In this document: positions 1 to 15,832 of the stretch, piece by piece
How positions within the stretch are numbered: the stretch's first letter is position 1
Layout: every line of letters begins with the position of its first letter
Origin: the human T2T-CHM13v2.0 reference genome, Homo sapiens
DNA length: 64,000 nucleotides
Direction: 5' to 3' (one strand)
Assembly (NCBI RefSeq): GCF_009914755.1
Contig: NC_060928.1
Position numbers and translations under genes: made by a program
The notes under the pieces: generated by a model
What the model was told of the DNA's origin: nothing
The model's database searches: none
What the model saw: only the letters and a program-made list of their open reading frames with translations

Positions 1-26
1 AGTGGGCTCAGGGAACCCCCACCATA

Positions 27-833
27 ATGGAGTACACTTCATATAGTGCCTATAGCCCAATCAAGTTGTGGGTATTAGGTAAACAGTGTCAACAGTGTCC
101 AGGGGAACCCCTACCTGCCTGGATGCTTCTCCTTTGGGATGAAGGAGTGATTAGTATCTCTTGCTCTGCCTCTGAAATGGAAAAGTTGGCTTCCATCACA
201 ACTCACCCCTCCCTCCTTCAGCAGTTGTAGGTGAGCAGGTGGTTAGCACAAGGGCAAGGTGACCACACCCTGCTTGAATGGCTGATGGTGGCCATATGGA
301 CAGGAACGATGCCAGTGAAATATCAGAAACCATGAGCAAATGGCAGTCATATACAGATTTGGTGCAAGTAATCCAGGAGATGGGTATGTGGCAGGCTATG
401 TTCGATCTGGATACACGAAGGCCAGATGATGAATGCTTTACTTCCCACATGAGGGACCTCGTGTTGGGTTCTGTGCCCCCAAGTGCCTTTGGCTTCCTGG
501 TTGCTGTCCTCACCTGTATGTGGAGCACCACATACACGAAGTAACTACTGCCATGGTGGCCCTCAGGGAAGCAGAAGGCCATTGCTGGGACTGAGGGCTC
601 CACACCATGAACAAGGGGAAGGACCCCTTTCTCAGGGGGCTCCCTCATGTGACAAAAAGGGGCCCCAACAAGTGACATGCACACAGATGTGGATTGATTT
701 GATTTTGGCTGGGGTTGACCAGGAGAAAATTGGTAGGCAACCCAGTGAAGTACTATTAACTTTATGGAGGCAATTGTCCCTGGAGCAGCAATTCCGGAAA
801 ATGCCTGAAAGGGAGAAGGACAATGTTGCTTGA
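27..833 (+). pseudogene. gag: Decayed ERV-L-type gag
   Basis: ORFs 27-230 (QCPGEPLPAWMLLLWDEG, resembling ERV-L gag), 278-544 and 483-833 (QMWIDLILAGVDQEKIGRQP), broken by stops and frameshifts. Confidence 0.75.
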
Positions 834-955
834 CCCAGTCCTGCCTGGACACTCCAGCTAAAAGACTACTTGAAGGCGGATGGGGGCATAGAATCTTTTG
901 TGTTTGATTAGGGAACTGGCTGAGGTGCCAGCTTGGGGGGACACTGGACAACTGG

Positions 956-1171
956 ATGGCCTTAGTCATAGTAATTGCTGCCCAAGGTGGCACCTGTGCC
1001 CTTTTAGGAATACAATGTTGTATCTTTATCCCTGACAATCAACAGAACATAATGGCAGCTTTGCAGGGGCTGTCACAGGAGATTAAAGCAGTTGAGAACC
1101 TTACTGACAACCACCTACAGGCATGGTGGGCATCCCTGGGTGTTGGCCTATGCTGGACTCCCTTGGCCTAG
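956..1171 (+). pseudogene. env: Retroviral env transmembrane-subunit fragment
   Basis: MALVIVIAAQGGTCALLGIQCCIFIPDN: tail of the immunosuppressive domain, CX6CC motif, then a heptad-like and WW membrane-proximal region. Confidence 0.85.
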
Positions 1172-1180
1172 GGAGTGGAG

Positions 1181-1499
1181 TGTAAGGAAAATGGCTGTGC
1201 TACAGATAGAAGTAGGCCAAGGCAAATATCCGGTATAGCATGACACAGCATGTTTGGAATGCAGGCACACAACCCTGTACATTATATAATCCCATTTATG
1301 TAACTACTTTATGTGAGCTCCTACCTGGCTCTGAGCCACTATCATCTGTAAGATGTATAAATACACTGCTAATGCTGTGGGGAGAGAGGGGAGAATAAAG
1401 CCATGTCCCAACTGCCTACAGTCCCTCGACTGTTCTTTCAGCTGCCCACCGCCCATTCACCAACTCCTTTTGGACCCTAGCATGGGATGGAGCCTGACA
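1181..1499 (+). mobile_element. LTR18-family 3' LTR
   Basis: TGTAAGGAAAATGGCTG...CCTGACA with TG/CA ends, TATAAA, AATAAA and a preceding polypurine tract. Confidence 0.85.
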
Positions 1500-1509
1500 C
1501 TATGTATCT

Positions 1510-1670
1510 TAGTAGTAAAGAGCACCAGCTTTGGAGACAAGCTGATTCAAATGTCAAACAGTCATCCAGTAGCTGGCTGACAAGCATACCTCTCAATCCC
1601 TTATCTGTAAAATGAAGATCAAAATACGTGACTTTGAGGAAAAGGAAATGAAATAGATGTAGATACTAAG
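1510..1670 (+). mobile_element. MIR fragment
   Basis: Degenerate MIR core (CTTATCTGTAAAATGAAGAT). Confidence 0.5.
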
Positions 1671-1706
1671 TCTTCAATAAAAGATGATTGTTATTGAAGG
1701 GCAATA

Positions 1707-2372
1707 CAGTTGATTTCATTACTATGGTAGTTTTGTTCTATAAAGTCACTAAGAACAATGAATCAGCAAATATTGACCCATTGTTCCTAGAATAAATACA
1801 GGATTAGGTTCCTGTGAGGTTCTGGTCACATTTTTGCCAACTGATCAAATTGTTTTATGTGTGTTTCAGTTTAAAGACACTGTATTTCATACTTATTATT
1901 AATTCATTAACATTGAGCTCATGGCCAACAGCCCTGTAATTCTTGCCTAAATAATGCAGTTATTTTCTCTCTAAACCATATCACAACCTTCTTGTTCTTA
2001 GGAACACTGCACAGCACTTCGGTACTTATGGCTGGTGGCCATTTTAAGTAGTGAAATCACCAAAAGAACGGCACAAAAGTTCAAAAACAAACAAAACATG
2101 GTACTAAATAGATCGTGAGAAGGACACCTGCTTATAGTATAAGATCTAAAACAAGAAAGAGCATTACCTTGTTCAACCAAGGAACATGCAAATTGGGGGA
2201 CTGGGAGCATGCTAGGAACATGCACATTGGGGAACTCAAATTTTTTGCCACTCCGTACATGTCTGTGAACAACCACAGAAGTGCAGTAAATATTGATTTG
2301 AGGATTGAAAATACATTTTAGCAAGTAGGTGAAATCAAGAATATGGAACCCAGGAATAATTAGGAGTGACTG
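1707..2372 (-). mobile_element. MER82 (TcMar-Tigger) non-autonomous DNA transposon, near full length
   Basis: CAGTTGA...GACTG termini, TA flanks (1705-1706, 2373-2374), internal match to recalled MER82 consensus. Confidence 0.8.
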
Positions 2373-2379
2373 TATAATG

Positions 2380-2565
2380 TTTTAGTTAAGGGCTTGTGGT
2401 CTGTAATGACACAGATTGGCTTCACCACTCACAATCTGTACAGTCTTGGGCAAGTAAGTGACTTGTTCTCTTTCACACTCAGTTTCGTCATCTATGACAT
2501 AAAAGTAATAATAACTGTACTCTCTTAGATTTGTGATGAGAGTTAAATGAGATATAGCCTGTATT
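2380..2565 (+). mobile_element. MIR
   Basis: CTTGGGCAAGT...CTCAGTTTCGTCATCTAT...GAGAGTTAAATGAGATA core. Confidence 0.65.
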
Positions 2566-3240
2566 CAGCTGATACATGTTAAATGATCAAAAAATATAAG
2601 TTACTAATGCAAGGAAGACTAATAAAGCAAAAAGAATTAACTATAGCATAAGTGGAATTTTTAAAACACTTCTCAAAATGCTGGAAGAGGGGGAAAACAT
2701 TTAACTAAATAATTTAGTTTCCTCTTATTTCCTGTACATAAGTGGGGCAAATTTTAGTGACATTTATAAAGAGTATTATATGCTAACATAAAAATGATTT
2801 TGGTGAAGTATTAAAAATCAATAATGTCATTTTGAGGGTCTCAACTAAAGTATGAATGTGCTAAGTTTAATGGGGCCTTGTGCTAGAATTTCAATTAATG
2901 CAAATGGAAGAGAACATTGAACACTTAGTACTAATTTTATTTGCCTAGATTAAGCCAGGAAAAATGAGCTCATGTCTCTAAGGATCTGATCTCAATATCG
3001 AAAAGTAAATGCCCAGAAACATAGTCATATGACCTAAAATTTAATCTCTTTTTTATATGCTTTAAATTGTTTCTGTTTTTGATAAACCCTAGCTTTTGCT
3101 GAAAATCCTAATAAGACATTTTCAAACAACCTTCAAACTGTACAATTTATGTAATATCAAAAGAAAAAAGAGAAAAACTACATTATTAGTAATTAACCCA
3201 AGAATTCCTGCTTAAAAACAGTACCTGCTTAACTTATTAC

Positions 3241-3535
3241 TTTTTGATAGAGACAGGGTCTCACTCTCTCACCTAGGCTGCAGTGTGGTGGCATAACTGT
3301 AGCTCATGGCAGCCTCCATCTCCCAAGCTCGCCTAATCCTCCTGCTTCAGATTCCTTGGTAGCTAGAACTACCGGTGTGCACCACCGCACCTGGCTAATG
3401 CTTAATTTTACTTTCTGTATAGACAGAGTCTCCTTGCATCACCTAGGCTGGTCTCAAACTCCTGGCCTCAAGCAATCCTCCCACCTCAACCTCCCAATGT
3501 GCTGGGATTACAGGTATGAGCCTCTGCACCCAGTC
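3241..3535 (-). mobile_element. AluJ
   Basis: Dimeric Alu reverse complement with J-type diagnostics (GGCCTCAAGCAATCCTCCC). Confidence 0.9.
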
Positions 3536-4883
3536 ATTTTATTAAGACAGTGCTTGAATAATGCCTTACTTTATTTCACTTAGATATACTCAATACTCAA
3601 AATTTTACCAGAGGTTCTTAGGACCCAAGTTAATCATCTCTTCTCCAAGAAGGTAGAGAAAAGTCACTTTAAAATTGTATTCCAAAGAAAAACTTATATA
3701 CAGTTGATTTTTTCACTGATGAATCTTTTGAAAATAATTTTAAAATAATTTAAATAACTTTTAGGAAATTCAAAGTAAATACTGATATTTTGTCATTTTT
3801 TTGTGGCCTCACTCTCCTTATTGTCTTCCATAGATATTAATTAAAGATGCTGCTTAGAAAAAACAAAAGCAACTTCCAGCTTTAATTCGGTTTTTTATAT
3901 ACATAGAACTTTGTGGGCTGTCAGTAAACTGGCATACACATTGCATAGACTTTTCCAGTGGAAACTCTGCACAACCCATTGATTTCAATAAGGAAGACAA
4001 AGAAAAGATGAACTGTGAGGCAAAACAAGTCTTCATGTAAGAAATAGGAAGACATCATTCCATCCAGTGATGTTTGATGAGTACTATTTGGAGAAATGAT
4101 TTACTTCTTTCATAAGCCTATGGCCTGAAGCAAAGGAATATCATTATTTGGGTCAAGTGTCCTATATTGCCACAACCTCTATTCTTGAATATTTCACAGT
4201 TCATTATACTCCATAGACATATCATGGGGATTTATCTCAATCACATTACAGAAACATTCAATGACTGGAAATGATTCACTTTTCAAAGCTCCATTGGTCA
4301 CATTACTTGGCTTTAATAGAAATATACAATTATGGTTGATAATGCCGTCTTACACCCCATGATCCAGATTTTCAATCTGACACCCTTTGGTGTTTATCTT
4401 TGCCATCATCCAGAAGCAGCATCTAATGCCAAGCCTGATCATGCAGAGAACATAAATTTAAAGAGCCATTTCATTTATAACAAACAGACCCAGCTGGAGT
4501 ACAGCTGCTAAATGGAACGGCAAAGTAAAATTTCCTGCTACCTGGGAAGGTCTAATTATAAAACCACCTAAACAAGCTTTCGAAATCTGTCTGTGAACTA
4601 CTCAACATCAATATGGGTTTAACTTAAAGAGGGAAATAAAGGTGAAATTATTTGAAGCATGTATTACAGAAGAAATCAGGAATATTTTATAATTTTCTAA
4701 AGTCTATATGTTTAATTGAAGCTGCCTTGGGTTTTAATATCATGTCTTGGTTTTTCTATATGCAGACTTACAATCTAAAGTATGGAGTAATCAAAACCAA
4801 AAAAAAGTGAATTATAGTATTTTTTGCCCTTCTATCTTAGTGTTCTTCATTAAAGAACAAACAATAAAAGATCAGCAAATACA

Positions 4884-5181
4884 GGCTGGGCATGGTGGCT
4901 CATGCCTGTAATCCTAACACTTTGGGAGGCCAAGGCAAGCAGATCGCTTGAGCCTGGGAGTCTGAGACCAGCCTGAGCAACATGGTGAAACCCTATCTCT
5001 ACAAAAAACACAAAATAAATTAGCCAGGTGTGGTGGTGCACACCTGTAGTCCCAACTACTCAAGAGGCTGAGGTAGGAGGATCACCTGAGCCGGAGGGGT
5101 CGAGGCTGCAGTGAGCTGTGATTATGCCACTGCATTCCATCCTGGGCAACATAGTGAGATCCTGTCTCAAAAAAAAAAAAA
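4884..5181 (+). mobile_element. AluJ
   Basis: Full dimer with A tail; degenerate TSD ATCAGCAAATACA/ATTAGCAAACACA. Confidence 0.92.
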
Positions 5182-6481
5182 TTAGCAAACACAGTATATG
5201 AAAACAAAATCTAGAAATTTGAATATGATAAAGTTTCTCATAATAAAGAGAGAAATACATTTACATGTAAAGTCTCTGTGGCATTCTCTAACATTTTTTA
5301 AAGTTATGACATAAAATTTCATTGTCACTGTGGTATGTTGTTCATGGTTGTCCTTTTATGAAAAATCAATCTTGGAAAATAAAGTAATCCTCGGTTTACA
5401 TGATTTTATCCAACATCTTAGCTGCCCAGTATCTACTCATTTTGTATCAGAGACCTCCCAATAGACCAATCCTGGACCCCACAGACTGCAGAGAGGTCCT
5501 AAATGAGGAAGAATTGCCAAGTATTTCATTCCCCCAACCCATGTCTCCTTTAAATAGCTTTATTAAAATTCTAAAACACATACAGTATTAATAAGAGAGA
5601 TGTACATTTTAAGCATTTCCCAGATTATAAAGGGTTCAATATTTTGATCTCTGAGGGCAATATCAGTGCATCATAGTAAACAGGGTAGGTATTTCACAGA
5701 CATTACTTAGAATTGACTGTGGATTTATATTTTTATGATTTATACCAATCTAGGTCATCCATGGAGATTCACCTATGCTATAACTAAGCCCTGGCAGCAA
5801 TTGTGATTAATGAACTTGGGAATCCTTAGTTTTCGAAAGCATAAATTGAATTTGGAGCTTTAATTTTTAATTTATATCGTTTCCTTTCTACTTCTCTAAT
5901 TATTCACTTTGTAGTGAAAAAAAGATTTAATAATATCACTAAATTCTCACAAGATTTTTTTAATGGAAATGTGCTCTACATAATAAAATTGGGTCTGGGT
6001 TTTACCTAAAAATTATCTGAGAAAATGAGGCAATTTAAAGAAAAACCTTATAAAAATCAGACTTGTACAATCTTTCCTCCAGTTGTATAGCGTTGTCCAT
6101 AATTTTATCCATAATTCTTCCCTGTTCTGCTTTTCTGTATTTATAGTTAGGTTTAGTATCTTTCCAACTGAAGCCATATCCCATGGTTAAATAATTCTTC
6201 CTGCTTATAGTGGTAATTAGGGTTCAAATACCTCCTTCAGAAAATATTGTATGTTATTAAAGCATGTATTTCCAAAAGATCCTAAAAGAATGAACACAAA
6301 TGTGGTGCTCTTCAAAAGAACTTCCCCAGGGAACCAAAGAATAAGTAACATTAGGATAAGAAAGATAAGGCAATACTGTTGTTAATGATTAGAGTTTTTG
6401 ATATACCTAAGTATCCAGTATTATTATAAGCTATATTATATTCATTTCTCCTTGTAATCATCACAACAATCTTATGAGGTG

Positions 6482-6812
6482 TAGGTTGAATATCCCTGTG
6501 CCAAAAATCTGAAATCTGAAATGTTCCAAAACCTGAAACTTTCTGAGCATTGACACGACAGCACAAGGAGAAAATTCTATGCCTGACCTCATGTGACAGG
6601 TCATGTATATTACTAAAAATTCTGTATAAAATTGCCTTTTGGGCATGCGTATGTGGTATACATGAAACATAAATTAATTTGATTTAGACTTAGGTCCATT
6701 TCCAAGATACTAATATCTCATTTTGTTTATGCAAGTATTCCAAAATCTCCCAAAATTTAAAGTTCAATACACTTCTGGTCCCAAGTATTTCAGATAAGGG
6801 ATACTCAATCTG
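6482..6812 (-). mobile_element. Tigger4b/MER46-type DNA transposon
   Basis: TIRs AGGTTGAATATCCCT and AGGGATACTCAATCTG; CTTCTGGTCCCAAG motif. Confidence 0.8.
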
Positions 6813-6970
6813 TATTATTTTCCAGGTATGGTAACTAATGGACAATATGAATGAATTACCTATTAAATTTACCTACTAAATTCTCTATTAGGCTGTCATT
6901 CTGGTGTGATTTATTCTTAGACTCTTTAGAGTAGGTTTTGATGCCTGTTCAAGAAGAGGCATTTCTAAAA

Positions 6971-7174
6971 CAGGCGTTGTTAACTTCAGAATTTTATGGT
7001 AGGATCTGTGGTAGGCCTTCAGTGTGTTAACGAACCCAGTAGAATGTTATCCTAAATAGTGTGAGTGCATACATGGATTTTTCTCATAATTGCATCCATA
7101 GTTTTTATGCTATCTACAAAAAGATTCAAGAATAATAACACCACCACCATCAATGAAAAGTTTAAGAACCAAAG
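6971..7174. mobile_element. hAT-Charlie MITE (Charlie4z-like)
   Basis: CAGGCGTTGTTAAC...TTAAGAACC termini and weak internal similarity. Confidence 0.45.
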
Positions 7175-7535
7175 TTTTAAGAAGTGACAAGAGCAAAAAT
7201 GGTGGAGTAAGGATATTTGAAAGATTGCCTCCTTATACAACTAATAAAATAACTGGCAAAAATTTATAACAATAAAATTTTCCAGGACTCTGAAAATTAA
7301 CCAAAGTCTTGCAGTAATCCAAATAATGAGGAACATCTAGTGAAAAAAAAGCAGCCGAATCTTAGTAAGAAGAATGAGCATGTGGCATTTTTCTCTTACT
7401 GTATCCCTATCCCTACCTCCCATTCCCTAGCATCACATTAGCCTTAAAAGTGACAGCCAGCATCCCCAGTGTTAGAGGGAGCTGAACAGGGATGGAACAC
7501 TTCAAGGTCTCATTCACCAAGAAAAGTTATTATTT

Positions 7536-7837
7536 GGTAGGGCGTGGTGGTTCACACCTGTAATCCCAGCACTTTAGGAGGCTGAGGCGGGCGGATCACC
7601 TGAGGGCAGGAGTTTGAGACCAGCCTGGCCAACATGGCAATACCCCGTCTCTACTAAAAATACAAAAATTAGCCAGGCATGGTGGTGTGCGCCTGTAATC
7701 CCAGGAGAATCACTTGAGCCCGGGAGGCGGAGGTTGCAATCAAACAAGATCCTGCCACTGCACTCCAGCCTGGGCGACAGAGGGAGACTCTTTCTTAAAA
7801 AAAAAAAAAAAAAAAGACAGAGAGAAAGAAAAAAAAA
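7536..7837 (+). mobile_element. AluSx-like with ~21 bp right-arm deletion
   Basis: Dimer; TSD AAGAAAAGT(T/C)ATTATTT at 7519-7535 and 7838-7854; GTAATCCCAG joined directly to GAGAATCAC. Confidence 0.92.
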
Positions 7838-8559
7838 AAGAAAAGTCATTATTTGCCCCATCTAGTGGTTCCCTGGAAGACTGCACTCAAAAGTTTGACC
7901 TCTGTTCAACTTGTCCTGGACTAAGCTTCTCGCCAGGAGTTATTTGTCAAGTGTTTTAGGATCACCGCACTCTGAAGCACCAAATAACAGTTAACACAAA
8001 CAATAGACTAACCCAAAATGTTTAAGATGAAAAGTTGTGAAATGAGATGTCCCTAGGGGTTTTGAAAAGCTCTAAAATATTTTTGGGAATATAGAAGACC
8101 CACGTGCAATGTGTAGTGTATGCATACTCAGAAAAAACCTGAGAAGTTTCTAAGTTCTCACCTCTGATTGATCTTGAGGTTCTGTAAGCAGAAAATGATG
8201 GCAAAAGAAGAGTAGTAAATTGACTGACTTAAGTGTAGAAGGTGGGCTCCAACAAACACACAGAGCCCCTAGAGGGAGAAATTATAGATTCATTGCTTCC
8301 AGATGTTTAAAGAAATCTCTGTTCATTCATTAGCTGCCTCCAATAAGCTAACTGAGTAGAGACTTGTGGCAACATATAATAAAGATATTGAATTAACAGA
8401 ATTAGTTTAGAAAAGTCACTAAACAACCACCAAAACAAGCAGCAACAACAACAACAAATCCTAGGGTATGTGAAAAATCGTATTATCTGAGTTATGTTAT
8501 TGTAAATGTCTAGTTTTCAACAAAAAATTATAAAACATGCAAAGTAACAAGAAAGTATG

Positions 8560-8879
8560 TGTAAGGACAATGGCTGCACTGCAGTCAAGTTAAGGCCAAG
8601 GTACACATCTGGCACAGCATGACACAGTGGGATTGGAGGACAGGCACACAATCCTGTGCATTATATAATCACAAATATGTAGCCATAATATGGGAGGGCA
8701 CATCACCTGGCCCTGAGCCACTATTGTCTGTGAGGTGCATAAATGCAGCACCGACAGTGTGAGGGAGTTGCTGAATAAAGTCATGTCCTACCTATCTGTG
8801 GTCTCTGGAGTGTTCTTTCAGCTGCCTGCCACTTGCCCACCAACTCCCCTTGGACCTCAGCTTGGGCTGGAACCTAACA
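8560..8879 (+). mobile_element. Solo LTR18-family LTR
   Basis: Collinear with 1181-1499; perfect 5 bp TSD GTATG (8555-8559, 8880-8884). Confidence 0.9.
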
Positions 8880-8954
8880 GTATGGATCATACACAGAAAA
8901 AAATCAATGACTAGAAATTGTCCCTGATGAATCCCAGATCATGAAATTACTAGA

Positions 8955-9402
8955 TGTATTAGTCAGAGTTCTCTAGAGGGACAAAATTAATATGATACAT
9001 GTTCATAAAAAGGGGAGTTCATTAAGGAGTATTGACTCACACAGTCAGAACCTCCCACAATAGGTCATCTGCAAGCTGAGGAGCAAGGAAGTCAAGTCTG
9101 TGTTCCAAACCTGAAGAACATGGAGTCCAATGTTCCAGGGCAGGAAGCATCCAGCATGAGAGAAAGATGTAGGCTCAGAGGCTAAGGCAGTCTAGCCTTT
9201 TGACATTCTTCTGACTGCTTCTATTTTGGCTGTGCTAGCAGCTGATTAGATTGTGCCTACCCAGATTGAGGGTGGGTCTGCCTTCCTCAGTTCACTGACT
9301 CAAATGTTAATCTACTTTGGCAACACCCTCACTGACACACCCAGGAAAAATATTTTGCATTCTTCCATCCAATCAAGTTGACACTCAGTATTAACCATCA
9401 CA
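8955..9402 (-). mobile_element. MLT2A (probably MLT2A1) HERV-L solo LTR
   Basis: Reverse complement begins TGTGATGGTTAATACTGAGTGTCAACTTGATTGG; 448 bp; perfect TSD CTAGA. Confidence 0.9.
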
Positions 9403-10319
9403 CTAGACAAAAGCTTAAATTAGCTATTTAAAATATATCTTTAAATATCAAAGACCTAAAGGCAAATATGTCTAGAAAACTAAAGAAAATTATGAAAACT
9501 AAGTAAAGAATATTAATAGATAGAAACTATAAAGGAGAACCAAATAGAAATTCTATACTTGAAAAGTACAGCTTAAATAAAAACTTAATAGAGGATTAAC
9601 AGCAGATTTTATCAGGCAGAAAAAATAATCAACAAACTTGAAGATAGGTCACTTGATATTATCCACTCTGTGACACAGAAAGATAAATAATGAAGAAAAA
9701 TGAACAGAGCATCAGAGACTTGTAGAACACCATTAAGTCTGGAAAAATACAAATAATAGGAGTCCCAAAATGAAAGTAAAGAAAGAAAAGCTCAGAAATA
9801 ATATTTAAATAATAGCTAAAAACATTCCAAATCTGATTTTTAAGAATTAGTCTACACATCTAAAAAGCTCAATGAACTCTGAGTGTGGTAAACTCAAAGA
9901 CAGCCTCTCCTAGATACATTATAAGCAAACTTGAATGTCAGAGACAATGAGAGAATATTGAAAGTAGTAAGAAAAGTTACTCATCGTATACAAAGCATCC
10001 TAAATAACGTGAACAGCTGATTTCTTACCAGACACCATGGAGGATGTAGCATGACGTATTCAAAGTGCTGAAAGAAAAGACAAATAACTATCAGTCAAAA
10101 CATTGTTGTTATTATTATTATTATAATACTTTAAGTTCTAGGGTACATGTGCACAATACGCAGGTTTCTTACATATGTATACATGTGCTATGTTGGTGTG
10201 CTGCACCAATTAACTCGTCATTTACGTTAGGTATATCTCCTAATGCTATCCCTCCCCCCATCCCATGACAGGCCCCAGTGCGTGATGTTCCCCACCCTGT
10301 GTCCAAGTGTTCTCATTGT

Positions 10320-14167
<3,848 letters not shown>

Positions 14168-14230
14168 TGTGATGTTAGCTGGTTATTTTGCTCATTAGTT
14201 GATGCAGTTTCTTCCTAGACTCAATGGTCT

Positions 14231-15255
14231 TTACAATTTGGCATGTTTTTGCAGTGGCTGTTACTGGTTGTTCCTTTCCATGTTTAGTGCTTCCTTCAAG
14301 AGCTCTTGTAAGGCAGGCCTGGTGGTGACAAAATCTCTCAGCATTTGCTTGTCTGTAAAGGATTTTATTTCTCCTTCACTTATGAGCTTAGTTTGGCTGG
14401 ATATGAAATTCTGGGTTGAAAATTCTTTTCTTTAAGAATGTTGAATATTGGCCCCCACTCTCTTCTGGCTTGTAGAGTTTCTGCCAAGAGATCTGCTGTT
14501 AGTCTGATGTGCTTCCCTTTGTGGGTAACCCGACCTTTCTGTCTGGCTGCCCTTAACATTTTTTCCTTCATTTCAACTTTGGCGAATCTAACAATTACGT
14601 GTCTTGTAGTTGCTCTTCTCAAGGAGTATCTTTGTGGCATTCTCTGTATTTCTTGAATTTGAATGTTGGCCTGCCTTGCTAGGTTGGGGAAGTTCTCCTG
14701 GATAATACCCTGAAGAGTGTTTTCCAACTTGGTTCCATTCTCCCTGTCACTTTCAGGTACACCAATCCGACGTAAATTTGATCTTTTCACTTAGTCCCAT
14801 ATTTCTTGGAGGCTTTGTTCATTTCTTTTTACTCTTTTTTCTCTAAACTTCTCTTCTCACTTCATTTCATTAATTTAATCTTCAATCACTGATACCCTTT
14901 CTTCCACTTGATCAAATTGGCTACTGAAGCTTTTGCATGCATCACGTAGTTCTCATGCCATGGTTTTCAGCTCCATCAAGTCATTTAAGGTCTTCTCTCT
15001 GCTGTTTATTCTAGTTAGCCATTTGTCTAATCTTTTTTCAAGGTTTTTAGCTTCTTTGCAATGGGTTCGAACGTTCTCCTTTAGCTCAGATAAGTTTGTT
15101 ATTACCAATCGTTGGAAGCCTTCTTCTCTCAACTCATCAAAGTCATTCTCCTTCCAGCTTTGTTCCTTTGCTGGTGAGGAGCTGCATTCCTTTGGAGAAG
15201 AAGAGGTGCTCTGATTTTTACAATTTTCAGCTTTTCTGCTCTGGTTTCTCCCCAT
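14231..15255 (-). pseudogene. L1 ORF1p, disrupted
   Basis: MGRNQSRKAEN... from 15255; premature stop at 14953; C-terminal fragment 14380-14790 (RLTADLLAETLQARREW). Confidence 0.93.
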
Positions 15256-15832
15256 CTTTGTGGTTTTATCTACCTTTGGTCTTTGATGATGGTAACATAC
15301 AGATGGGGTTTTGGTGTGGATGTCCTGTTTGTTAGTTTTCCTTCTAACAGTCAGGACCCTCAGCTGCAGGTCTGTTGGTGTTTGCTGGAGGTCCACTCCA
15401 GACCCTGTTTGCCTGGGTATCACCAGCAGAGGCTGCAGAGCTGCAATTATTGCAGAACGGTAAATGTTGCTGCCTGATCCTTCCTCTGGAAGCTTTGTCT
15501 CAGAGGGGCATCCAGCTGTATGAGACAAATGTCGGTCAGCCCCTACTTGGAGGTGTCTCCCAGTTAGGCTACTTGGGGATCAGGGACCCACTTGAGGAGG
15601 CAATCTGTCTGTTCTCAGATCTCAAACTCCATGCTTGGAGAACCACTACTCTCTCTTCAAAGTGTCAGACAGGGACGTTTAAGTTTGCAGAAGTTTCTGC
15701 TGCGTTTTGTTCAGCTATGCCCTGCCCCCCAGATGCGGAGTCTACAGAGGCAGGCAGGCCTCCTTGAGCTGTGGTGGGCTCCACCCAGTTCCAACTTCCT
15801 GGCCTCTTTGTTTACCTACTCAAACCTCAGCA

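Larger units (their letters stand above)
1..1180 (+). mobile_element. Internally deleted ERV-L class (HERV-S/HERVL18-like) proviral internal region, running off the left edge
   Basis: Gag-like peptides in three short ORFs, an env TM fragment, a purine-rich tract AGGGAGTGGAG (1170-1180) and an abutting LTR18-type LTR. Confidence 0.85.

Noticed and set aside
196-1038. 280 aa minus-strand ORF
   Set aside because: Antisense to decayed gag/env with no recognisable domain; likely a chance open frame.
1181-8879. Two LTR18s ~7.7 kb end to end as the LTR pair of one provirus
   Set aside because: The intervening DNA is MIR, MER82, Alu and L1 rather than retroviral; the second LTR has its own TSD and the first has internal sequence on its left.
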